DNA of 64,000 bases, taken from the IMG/VR virus record IMGVR_UViG_3300047157_000186; one strand, 5' to 3'. This DNA comes from a virus. Taxonomy: Duplodnaviria > Caudoviricetes. Made by a program: the position numbers and the translations under genes. The notes below the pieces were generated by a model. It had not been told where the DNA came from, did not search any database, and worked only from the letters and a program-made list of their open reading frames with translations. Below are positions 49,613 to 57,486 of this stretch, piece after piece (the stretch's first letter is position 1; the number at the start of each line of letters is the position of its first letter).

Positions 49613-49780
49613 ATGACAACAATAAAAAGAAATAAAAACAATAGGTATTTAGGAGGAGTTTGTGGAGGAATCGCAAGATGGTCAGATACATCAGCACTCG
49701 CATGGAGAATCATATTCTTATTAGTTCCATCAAGCTCACTAGTATATTTATTTTTATGGATCTTATTAAAAAAACAATAA
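49613..49780 (+). CDS. pspC: PspC-domain membrane protein (55 aa)
   Basis: KRNKNNRYLGGVCGGIARW...WRIIFLL...YLFLWILL; below the ORF-track cutoff. Confidence 0.8.
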   Translation: MTTIKRNKNNRYLGGVCGGIARWSDTSALAWRIIFLLVPSSSLVYLFLWILLKKQ

Positions 49781-49781
49781 T

Positions 49782-49988
49782 ATGGAAGGATATTATATAA
49801 GTGATGAGTATAGAACTAATTCAAAAAGTCTTGTTCCAGGAGGATGGGACGTTGAAGTAGAATATAAAACTCTAGAAAAGAGAATTTATTCCAATATTAA
49901 AAACACAGAAGCATACGCTAATCATATATTAGCATCTGATGAAAATGTAAAATCAGTAACAGTAATCGGAGAAAGTAAAAAAGATTAA
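49782..49988 (+). CDS. Small hypothetical protein
   Basis: 68 aa. Confidence 0.55.
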   Translation: MEGYYISDEYRTNSKSLVPGGWDVEVEYKTLEKRIYSNIKNTEAYANHILASDENVKSVTVIGESKKD

Positions 49989-50050
49989 AAAAAGTTGAAA
50001 CAAATCAATTTAGCAGAGTATAACAGGTATAAATTTAAAAAACAAATATT

Positions 50051-50227
50051 ATGACAGAATTATTAAATCAAATCCAAGAAGAATTGACTAACATCCAAGA
50101 GGATGCAGCAAAATTCTCAGAAAAAGGAAACAAAGCAGCAGGTACAAGAGTACGTAAGGCTATGCAAGTAATCAAAGGATTAGCACAAGACGTAAGAGTT
50201 GCAGTAAGTGCAGCAAACAAAGCATAG
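50051..50227 (+). CDS. Histone H1-like (Hc1-family) protein of the Bacteroidota type (58 aa)
   Basis: EKGNKAAGTRVRKAMQ signature; middle promoter at 49997; below the ORF-track cutoff. Confidence 0.8.
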   Translation: MTELLNQIQEELTNIQEDAAKFSEKGNKAAGTRVRKAMQVIKGLAQDVRVAVSAANKA

Positions 50228-50257
50228 TACCAAATATTAATTGGTATATATAAAGTA

Positions 50258-50682
50258 CCAAGGAAACGTTCTTTAAAATATTGGAAGGCACATTAGATAT
50301 TGATCATTGATAATGTGAGTGTATTGCCGAAAAAATCCTGACGGAAAGAGGGATTAAGGCACACTAGACATCGGACAAGTTCCGGCTTAGTTGCAAAAGT
50401 GCGTAACTAAGACTCGACAGAGTAGAAGGTGGTAGATCGGGAAAGATATCTAAACTAATCTTTCTAAGAGCATTGCAAGTACCCGAGAGGAAGCCTTGCC
50501 TAAGTGACTGAACATCCTGTCTTATTAGGGGATAAAGTACAATCAAAGCCGTTGTGGCACTACAACGAGATTTAACCATCTTGAGTAGAACTTGAAATAA
50601 TAGTAAAGTTGATTGGTATGCAGTAATCAACACAATAAGTCGATCTTCTAAGGCTAGTATACCTTAGTACACGATCCTTCCT
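50258..50682 (+). ncRNA. Large (about 425 nt) highly structured ncRNA upstream of tRNA-Ala; GOLLD/ROOL-like context
   Basis: At least 8 hairpins including GNRA tetraloops, long-range GGTGGT/ACCATC pairing, 5'/3' AAGGA/TCCTT pairing, GC-richer than the genome, no convincing ORF. Confidence 0.75.
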
Positions 50683-50691
50683 TTTTTTATT

Positions 50692-50799
<108 letters not shown>

Positions 50800-50806
50800 C
50801 GAAATT

Positions 50807-50831
50807 AGCCTCTCAAACGAGAGGCTTTTTT
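50807..50831 (+). terminator. Rho-independent terminator after tRNA-Ala
   Basis: AGCCTCTC-AAAC-GAGAGGCT plus T run. Confidence 0.85.
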
Positions 50832-50860
50832 ATGAAATAAAACCATGATAAATATATTAT

Positions 50861-50922
50861 TGGAGCAGGTTCTATATCTAACCACTGTTATGGGCCCCCG
50901 TCCTGTGGTAGAATCTGTTCCA
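50861..50922 (+). ncRNA. Long stem-loop upstream of a methyltransferase gene
   Basis: 14-bp stem TGGAGCAGGTTCTA/TAGAATCTGTTCCA with two G-U pairs, inner CCAC/GTGG, followed by T6. Confidence 0.5.
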
Positions 50923-50939
50923 TTTTTTAACTTTAAACA

Positions 50940-51512
50940 ATGAGTAAATATCTAAAATATTACAAAGACATTTTTGAAGGTAAACCATTTTTAAGAAATG
51001 GTAAAATGGTCACGTTAAAAGAAAAAACAGTTTTTGATGGGGGCGGAATTCAAAAGATATATGGCGAATTAGAATATGAATTAGATAAAAGAGGTAGCGG
51101 TACTATCTTAGATTTTGGATCTGGAACTGGAGTACATTGGACAAAAAAAGTGCCAATTCCAGGAGTTAAAGAACGTAAAACTGCTAGTGAACACTTTGGT
51201 TCTAGATTAAGAGGATTTTATAGATATGATCCTGCCCACCCAGAATATTGTAAAAAACCAACAGGAACATTCGATATTATAATGTGTACAGAAGTTTTAG
51301 AACATGTGCCATTAGAAGAGTTACCGGAATTATTATCTGAAATGAAATCTTATTTAGCAGATGACGGTGTAGTTATATTCACCATTCCAAAGGGATTATC
51401 AAGTAATGCATTTCCAGATGGTAAAAATCTACATATTACATTAATGGAAACTAAAGAATGGAACAAAATGTTTGATCAATATTTCGATGATCATATATTA
51501 ATTCACCATTAG
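50940..51512 (+). CDS. Class I SAM-dependent methyltransferase
   Basis: ILDFGSG, FDIIMCTEVLEHVP, NLHIT. Confidence 0.85.
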   Translation: MSKYLKYYKDIFEGKPFLRNGKMVTLKEKTVFDGGGIQKIYGELEYELDKRGSGTILDFGSGTGVHWTKKVPIPGVKERKTASEHFGSRLRGFYRYDPAHPEYCKKPTGTFDIIMCTEVLEHVPLEELPELLSEMKSYLADDGVVIFTIPKGLSSNAFPDGKNLHITLMETKEWNKMFDQYFDDHILIHH

Positions 51513-51532
51513 TAGTAAAATAATTCACCCAG

Positions 51533-51565
51533 ATTTTTTTATGTCATAAACTTTTTGTATATTAG
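51533..51565 (+). promoter_or_regulatory. Early-class promoter
   Basis: TTTTTTATGTC...TGTATATTAG. Confidence 0.8.
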
Positions 51566-51588
51566 TAGTATAATATTAAAGCAGAACT

Positions 51589-51813
51589 ATGAGATATACA
51601 GTAACTTATGAAGTTTACATTGAAGGTGACAATGATAAACATGCTTTTTCTAAAGCAGAACTGATCGCCAAAAACCAGAATGCGTTGCACCCAAATCAAC
51701 AGTGGGATGTACATAAATTGCATATTACACCGTTCGCATCATTAAACGTAAAGGAAGTTGATATTGATGCAATCAAGACAGAAAAATTGTTGAACCAAGA
51801 CTTACCATTTTAA
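51589..51813 (+). CDS. Early hypothetical protein
   Basis: 74 aa. Confidence 0.6.
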   Translation: MRYTVTYEVYIEGDNDKHAFSKAELIAKNQNALHPNQQWDVHKLHITPFASLNVKEVDIDAIKTEKLLNQDLPF

Positions 51814-51815
51814 TT

Positions 51816-52667
51816 ATGCCAGAACTAGCCGAACTTAAATTAACATCAGACTATGTAAATCAAGCATCAAGTGGAATGATTTACACAAATGTAAAAAAGA
51901 ATCCTCAACACAAAGGGGCAGAATTAGATATTCCATTTAAATATTTTACACTAACTTCAGAAAGTAAAGGTAAAGAGATCATATTAACTATCAAAGATGA
52001 TGATAGTGAAGCAACTATTCCTATACGTATTACTATGGGTATGAGTGGTCATTTTAGAACTACTAACACTGGACAAGAAGACAAACACGCACATCTTAAA
52101 TTTTATAGAAAAGATGGAACAACATTGTCATTTGTAGATGTTAGACGTTTTGGTAAATGGACACAAGGTTTGAGTTGGAATGAAGGAAGAGGTCCAGATC
52201 CAACAACAGAACCACGTGAATTCTTTTTGAATATCATGACAAATCTAACTAAAAAAACATTTCGTAAACCATTATATGAGGTTCTTATGGATCAAAAATG
52301 GTTTAATGGTATTGGTAATTATCTAAGAGCTGAAATTATTTTTAGAGCAGGTGATGTTGATCCATTTCTTCCGGCAGCACAACAAATTGCAAAGTACCCA
52401 AAAATACTAGAATTATGTACAGATATTCCAATGTTGGCATACGCAAAGGGCGGTGGAAGCATCAAAGATTGGGATAATCCATTTGGCGAAAACGCAATTC
52501 AAGAAAAATTTATGTTGTGTTATGGAAACAAAATGATGGATACTCGTATAGATTCTAAGAACCGTAGATTTTGGTATGATCCTAAATGGAATGTACCTAT
52601 CCACAGAGATGATTTAAAAGATTGGGATTATTACAGTGGATTACCTAACCCTAAAGCATATGAATAA
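51816..52667 (+). CDS. mutM: Fpg/Nei DNA glycosylase
   Basis: N-terminal MPELAE, GMSG, DVRRFG, H2TH LMDQKWFNGIGNYLRAEI. Confidence 0.88.
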   Translation: MPELAELKLTSDYVNQASSGMIYTNVKKNPQHKGAELDIPFKYFTLTSESKGKEIILTIKDDDSEATIPIRITMGMSGHFRTTNTGQEDKHAHLKFYRKDGTTLSFVDVRRFGKWTQGLSWNEGRGPDPTTEPREFFLNIMTNLTKKTFRKPLYEVLMDQKWFNGIGNYLRAEIIFRAGDVDPFLPAAQQIAKYPKILELCTDIPMLAYAKGGGSIKDWDNPFGENAIQEKFMLCYGNKMMDTRIDSKNRRFWYDPKWNVPIHRDDLKDWDYYSGLPNPKAYE

Positions 52668-52683
52668 CTATAAATTAAATATT

Positions 52684-52872
52684 ATGAACAAGATTAACAA
52701 ATTCAAAAAATTCTTTAATAACTGGTACCCAGTAATTTTAGCATTTGCATGCCTTCTATATTCCGTAACTTATGGAGTATTAGGTTACACAGAAGAAGCT
52801 CAGTATTCGGCACACTGGCCAGGAACTATCCTCCTTTTTGCGATAGCGATCAGACAAAGAAGAAACTCATGA
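52684..52872 (+). CDS. Small membrane protein
   Basis: Two hydrophobic segments; AHWPGTILLFA. Confidence 0.6.
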   Translation: MNKINKFKKFFNNWYPVILAFACLLYSVTYGVLGYTEEAQYSAHWPGTILLFAIAIRQRRNS

Positions 52873-53144
52873 ATCTAGGATTTTTTATTATGGGTGGACT
52901 GATATTTTCAGTTTACATCTATTTTACAATATGGAACATCTTCTATGGTGCTAAAAAACAAAGAGAAGAAAACTATCCAAACTATTATGATAGACATGGA
53001 TCGATGAGCGATGATGTGGATATGGATGGTATGGGAAACTTTAGTAGATTTCCAGTTAATAAAGAACGCGAAGCTCTTAAAAATGCTAGAAAGAATAGAA
53101 TGGATAGAGATTGGAAAGGCCGTAAAAAAGAAAAAGTTGATTAG
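52869..53144 (+). CDS. Small membrane-anchored protein
   Basis: MNLGFFIMGGLIFSVYIYFTIWNI; ATGA-coupled. Confidence 0.6.
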   Translation: MNLGFFIMGGLIFSVYIYFTIWNIFYGAKKQREENYPNYYDRHGSMSDDVDMDGMGNFSRFPVNKEREALKNARKNRMDRDWKGRKKEKVD

Positions 53145-53145
53145 A

Positions 53146-53391
53146 ATGAGAAACACAGTTAAATTACCACAGCCACAAAGGGATATTATTGTAAAAGCAT
53201 TACAAGTTTATCAAACTGCATTAAGAACGCTAGAAGATAAAACTGAAGATCAAGAATATACTGACTTTGATATTACTGCTTTAACTGGAATGTTTAAGGA
53301 CAGTGATGTTGATGTAAGAATTGAATTAGATGAAGAGGTACACAACTCATTTGTACACCGACATGGTGTAGATTTTCCAATGTATGTTTAA
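53146..53391 (+). CDS. Small hypothetical protein
   Basis: ATG 53146 is in frame with the ORF-track call at 53011. Confidence 0.55.
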   Translation: MRNTVKLPQPQRDIIVKALQVYQTALRTLEDKTEDQEYTDFDITALTGMFKDSDVDVRIELDEEVHNSFVHRHGVDFPMYV

Positions 53392-53402
53392 CACCAAAGA
53401 CA

Positions 53403-53552
53403 ATGGGTAAATACTTAAAGCAAGGATTTGTAAGAGAGTTGGAATGGCAACTTAATAGAGAAGAAATCTCGTACTCAAAATGGGTTGACCTAATGGAGGA
53501 GGAATGTATTAAGAACTACAAGGAAGAAACCTTTAACACCAAAGAGAAATGA
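53403..53552 (+). CDS. Cassette ORF (49 aa) ending ETFNTKEK
   Basis: Start and stop both lie inside repeats. Confidence 0.6.
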   Translation: MGKYLKQGFVRELEWQLNREEISYSKWVDLMEEECIKNYKEETFNTKEK

Positions 53553-53833
53553 GTGAAGTAAATCCAAATTACAATCCACAAGCAGATTTTGACAACTTTG
53601 GTGAAGAGATGGAACACATCGTTAAGACAACACCTAAAGAGGTGCTAAAAAAGGAGTGGGATAAAGTATTAGCAGAATATGGTACTGATACACACGACAA
53701 GATTCTATCTATGACTGATGACTTTGTTCAGTCTAATCGTAGTGAAGGACAAACCTATGCTCATTATCACTATGATATGATGGCAGACTTTGCTCTACAT
53801 ATATTAGAAACCTTTAACACCAAAGAGAGATGA
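53549..53833 (+). CDS. Cassette ORF (94 aa) ending ETFNTKER
   Basis: Start and stop both lie inside repeats. Confidence 0.65.
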   Translation: MSEVNPNYNPQADFDNFGEEMEHIVKTTPKEVLKKEWDKVLAEYGTDTHDKILSMTDDFVQSNRSEGQTYAHYHYDMMADFALHILETFNTKER

Positions 53834-53988
53834 AACCATTAGACAATGTTCAAATGATTGAAGTCAAAGAAGGAGTAGTAACTATCACTTATAAAGATGG
53901 TACAACGCTTACCACTAAAGAGGATATTACACTTGGACTTGGGTATAAGAATGAGAATGATATACCATTAAATGACCATTGTCTTTAA
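53830..53988 (+). CDS. Cassette ORF (52 aa)
   Basis: Starts in repeat 3, stops in repeat 4. Confidence 0.5.
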   Translation: MKPLDNVQMIEVKEGVVTITYKDGTTLTTKEDITLGLGYKNENDIPLNDHCL

Positions 53989-54000
53989 CACCAAAGAGAG

Positions 54001-54255
54001 ATGACAGAAAAGCAACTAATAGAATTAGACTTCACTCGCAATGACGAGACAGCTGAGAATAGTGGAGCACCAAATGACTTCCACTACTACACATACGACG
54101 TAGGTAACTTCAGCTTAATCTCACCAGCAAGTGATGAGGTTGAAGAAGATGGATGGTATGTTGAGGCATTTGAAACTCCGGAGATTAGATTTACTAATCC
54201 TACAGAGGTGAATATTCTATTGACGTTACTAACGAACAATTATACAGAGAAATGA
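54001..54255 (+). CDS. Cassette ORF (84 aa)
   Basis: Starts in repeat 4. Confidence 0.6.
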   Translation: MTEKQLIELDFTRNDETAENSGAPNDFHYYTYDVGNFSLISPASDEVEEDGWYVEAFETPEIRFTNPTEVNILLTLLTNNYTEK

Positions 54256-54331
54256 AAGAAGAAAGAATTTATACAATAATTAATATTCTTACAGTGATTG
54301 GGTTTTTTACTCTAATGATACTAGGATCAAA

Positions 54332-54571
54332 ATGACAGAAGAACAAATTGATAGAATTATAGAAATGGCTTGGGAGGATAGAACTCCATTTGAGGCCATT
54401 GAATTCCAATTCGGACTTAAAGAGAATGATGTTAGGAAGTTAATGAGGAAGCACATGAAAGAATCCTCATTTAAAATGTGGAGAGAGCGAGTTAAAGGCA
54501 GAAAGACAAAGCATGCCAAAAATAATGATGGTATCAGATTTAAATCAAAAAACCAAAGAGCAAACCGATGA
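54332..54571 (+). CDS. TIGR03643/DUF2805-like protein
   Basis: IDRIIEMAWEDRTPFEAIEFQFGL...SSFKMWRERVKGRKTKH. Confidence 0.8.
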   Translation: MTEEQIDRIIEMAWEDRTPFEAIEFQFGLKENDVRKLMRKHMKESSFKMWRERVKGRKTKHAKNNDGIRFKSKNQRANR

Positions 54572-54897
54572 GACATTTCTTTTTAATAATTCTATTTATG
54601 TTAACAACAAACATGGTTGGGCAGAATTTTATTTTACAAGAGAAAGACAAACAAATACATTTTATAGCAGGCGCAGCAGCTAGCACAGTAGGTTATTATT
54701 GGTCATATAAAAAACATAATAATAAAACAAGAGCTCAAATAACGGGAATGTTAGCATCAATTTCAGCAGGTATATTAAAAGAATTGTATGATAGTAGAAC
54801 TGGTGGTACGGTAGAGCGCAGAGATGTGTTAGCTACTATGATGGGAGGAGCCACAGTTACATTGACTATACCATTATTTCAAAAGAAAAGAAAATGA
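54568..54897 (+). CDS. YfiM-like small membrane protein
   Basis: DKQIHFIAG, GILKELYD, DVLATMMGG. Confidence 0.65.
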   Translation: MRHFFLIILFMLTTNMVGQNFILQEKDKQIHFIAGAAASTVGYYWSYKKHNNKTRAQITGMLASISAGILKELYDSRTGGTVERRDVLATMMGGATVTLTIPLFQKKRK

Positions 54898-55069
54898 CAG
54901 CAAAAGAATGGTTAGATAAAAATGAATGGCCAAATAAAAATATAGATAGTGATGCATTTTCTCATTACACAACAATGAGCAAGATCATGGAACAATATGC
55001 CAGAGAATATCATGTAAAAAAACTAGAAGAATCTAGAAAAAAAGAAGAAACACAATTTAAACAATTTTT

Positions 55070-55702
55070 ATGAAAAAGCTAGAAAGAATGCAGAACTTGA
55101 TTGTAGTAGGTCATCCAGATCAGGAATCTTTCTGTTACAATGGTATTTTTAAGACAATTCAGAAAACTCTATTAGATAGTGATTACCTAAATGAGGTAGA
55201 AGTTATTGATTTATATAGAGATGATTTCTCTAGACCAAGAACAGATCTTATTAAAAAATATCAAGAGTTAGTAACTTGGGCAGACAGAATCTATTTCGTA
55301 TCTCCAGTTTGGTGGTTTAGATTAACACCAAGAACAGAGATATTCTTTGACGAAGTATTTACTCCAGGTTTTGCATACAAGTTTGTCCCAGTGATTGGAC
55401 CATACGCATATCCAAAACCATTTTTGAGTGATAAAAAGGTAAGAACATACATCACACATGGAGCACCTTCATTGCCAGTAAAAACACTTTATTTGAATTC
55501 GGTTAAATTACGTTTAGTGATGGGTGTATTTACATTTGTGTTTGGATGGAATATTTCAAGATGGTTAAAGACAAAACAATTTTGGTCAGTACCATTTGCA
55601 AGTGATAAAAAACGAGCAAAGTATTTAGAAATAGTTAAAAAAGATGTTCTTAAAGATTTGAAGAAACATCAAATTGAAACAATATCAAATAAGAGTATAT
55701 AA
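55070..55702 (+). CDS. Flavodoxin-fold NAD(P)H dehydrogenase (quinone)
   Basis: VVGHPDQESF, IDLYRDDF, WADRIYFVSPVWWF, FTPGFAY. Confidence 0.85.
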   Translation: MKKLERMQNLIVVGHPDQESFCYNGIFKTIQKTLLDSDYLNEVEVIDLYRDDFSRPRTDLIKKYQELVTWADRIYFVSPVWWFRLTPRTEIFFDEVFTPGFAYKFVPVIGPYAYPKPFLSDKKVRTYITHGAPSLPVKTLYLNSVKLRLVMGVFTFVFGWNISRWLKTKQFWSVPFASDKKRAKYLEIVKKDVLKDLKKHQIETISNKSI

Positions 55703-55718
55703 TACTTAAACAATAATT

Positions 55719-55934
55719 ATGACTATAGAAGTTTGGATTCAAGAGGAATCAATTGAAAATCTAATTAAAATTAGTGATGAACTTTATAATGGAGATGCAG
55801 ATGAAAGATTTGAAGATTCTGTAGAATTCACCAAAGTTCTTACATTAGAGGGTCAAGTAGCAATTCACATGTCACTTGATACTTATATTAGACTTACAGA
55901 TAATGAATTATTAACTGAATGGGAAATATATTAA
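55719..55934 (+). CDS. Small acidic hypothetical protein
   Basis: After the middle promoter at 55676. Confidence 0.55.
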   Translation: MTIEVWIQEESIENLIKISDELYNGDADERFEDSVEFTKVLTLEGQVAIHMSLDTYIRLTDNELLTEWEIY

Positions 55935-55943
55935 AATTAAAAT

Positions 55944-56228
55944 ATGGATTTTAAAGAAGAAATTAAAACAGGAAGAGTATTAGTAGATTTTTGGGCTGCA
56001 TGGTGTGGACCATGTAAAATGCTTATTAAAACATTAGACAAATACTCAGAAGAAGTTAGTGAAGTTAAAGTACTAAAAATTAACGTAGATGAAGAATCAG
56101 ACATTGCTGCAGAATATGGCATTAGATCGATACCTACATTATTGTATTTTGAAGACGGCGAAATTGTAGAAAGACAAACAGGTAATGTTCCGTTAGCAAC
56201 TATAAAAGAATTAACAAAAATAAATTAA
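55944..56228 (+). CDS. trxA: Thioredoxin
   Basis: VDFWAAWCGPCK, YGIRSIPT. Confidence 0.95.
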   Translation: MDFKEEIKTGRVLVDFWAAWCGPCKMLIKTLDKYSEEVSEVKVLKINVDEESDIAAEYGIRSIPTLLYFEDGEIVERQTGNVPLATIKELTKIN

Positions 56229-56229
56229 T

Positions 56230-56715
56230 ATGTGGAACTGGATCAAAAACACTTTTGTATATTGGGTAGAATTAGCTAGAGATATTAGAGTTTGGTGGAT
56301 TTTTCGTAAAACTGCAAAACAAAATCAAGATCAATTAAATCAAGACTTTCAATTAAGAGTTGATTGGTTGGGTAGAATTTATGGTGTAGTTAATTTACCA
56401 GAAGAGGTTCAAACTGCATCTGGTGAAATTCAACAGGCATTTGTTCTTAATAAGATTTCAGGTTTTGGAAACTACATGTTACAAATAGGTTTGGCAGATA
56501 TGGTTTATCCTCAAATACAAAAGGTATCGCCTGTTTCTTATTTAATAATTTTATGGCCAGTATTTGATGATTTGTCTCTGCTGCCTATTATTGGTAATAT
56601 TATTAGATCTACATTTGTAGGTTTTATCATTTTTATTATAACTAAATTTATCATCAATAATGCACACATATGGAATGCATTATGGGATAAGTTTACTATA
56701 TTCTTAACACAATAG
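56230..56715 (+). CDS. Hypothetical membrane protein
   Basis: LRVDWLGRIYGVVNLP; C-terminal TM helix. Confidence 0.6.
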   Translation: MWNWIKNTFVYWVELARDIRVWWIFRKTAKQNQDQLNQDFQLRVDWLGRIYGVVNLPEEVQTASGEIQQAFVLNKISGFGNYMLQIGLADMVYPQIQKVSPVSYLIILWPVFDDLSLLPIIGNIIRSTFVGFIIFIITKFIINNAHIWNALWDKFTIFLTQ

Positions 56716-56718
56716 AAT

Positions 56719-57486
56719 TTGAAAACAGAAGAAGTATCAATAAACAGAGTTCATGAAGATGGACTTAGGTTTTATCAAGTAACTGAAGGTGACAAAGTAA
56801 TAGCTAAGTTGCCTTCAGTTACTACTATCTTGGGTAATACCAAAGATATGTCAGGTTTAGAGAAATGGAAAAAAAGAGTAGGTGAAGCCGAAGCTAAACG
56901 TATATCTGAACTTTCAATGAACAGGGGAACTATTATGCACAGACTCATAGAACTGTATAAGAGCACTTCTGGGTCAGCCACTGAAAGGCTAAAGATTCTT
57001 AAAGATTTAGCAAAAGAAGATGAGGAGGTTAACCAATTCAGCGAAGAAGACAATGGACCTCTTTATTTAGAAGAAGCATGGAAATTCTTTTATAAATTCT
57101 ATTTTAATAGTTCTGATTATTTTGATAGAGTTGTTAAAGTATTAGAAGCAGAAACATTCTTATGGACTGTAAAAGGTGGAGGATGGGCTGGAACAGTAGA
57201 TAATATTTCTAAAATGGTTGATGATAAAGTTGTTATTATTGATTATAAAAACAGTAGAAGACCAAAAAGAGAAGATTGGATTCAAGATTATTTCATACAA
57301 TGTGGTGCATACTTTATTGCATATTGGGATATGACAGGAATTAAAGCAGATGGTGGAGAAATATGGATTGCAAATGAAGAAGATAACATACCACAATGTT
57401 TCACATTAACACAATCAGATTTAGAATTTTATTCTAAGCAATTTATAAGAAGAAGAAAAACATTTAAAGAATTAAAAGGTATATGA
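56719..57486 (+). CDS. PD-(D/E)xK exonuclease
   Basis: LPSVTTIL, RGTIMH, AGTVD, IIDYKNS, YFIQCGAY. Confidence 0.85.
   Translation: MKTEEVSINRVHEDGLRFYQVTEGDKVIAKLPSVTTILGNTKDMSGLEKWKKRVGEAEAKRISELSMNRGTIMHRLIELYKSTSGSATERLKILKDLAKEDEEVNQFSEEDNGPLYLEEAWKFFYKFYFNSSDYFDRVVKVLEAETFLWTVKGGGWAGTVDNISKMVDDKVVIIDYKNSRRPKREDWIQDYFIQCGAYFIAYWDMTGIKADGGEIWIANEEDNIPQCFTLTQSDLEFYSKQFIRRRKTFKELKGI

Larger units (their letters stand above)
53387..54004 (+). repeat. Four dispersed copies of TTTAACACCAAAGA(G/C)A(A/G)ATG bounding small gene cassettes
   Basis: Copies at 53387-53405, 53526-53552, 53807-53833 and 53983-54004. Confidence 0.9.

Noticed and set aside
50258-50682. RNase P RNA or group I intron
   Set aside because: The GAGGAAAGTCC / AACAGAA P4 motifs were not found, and the element does not interrupt a gene. 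Only a covariance search can fully exclude these.
53387-54004. CRISPR array
   Set aside because: Spacers are 120-260 nt open reading frames, the repeat is not palindromic, and no cas genes were seen. The 56719 nuclease lacks the Cas4 cysteine cluster.
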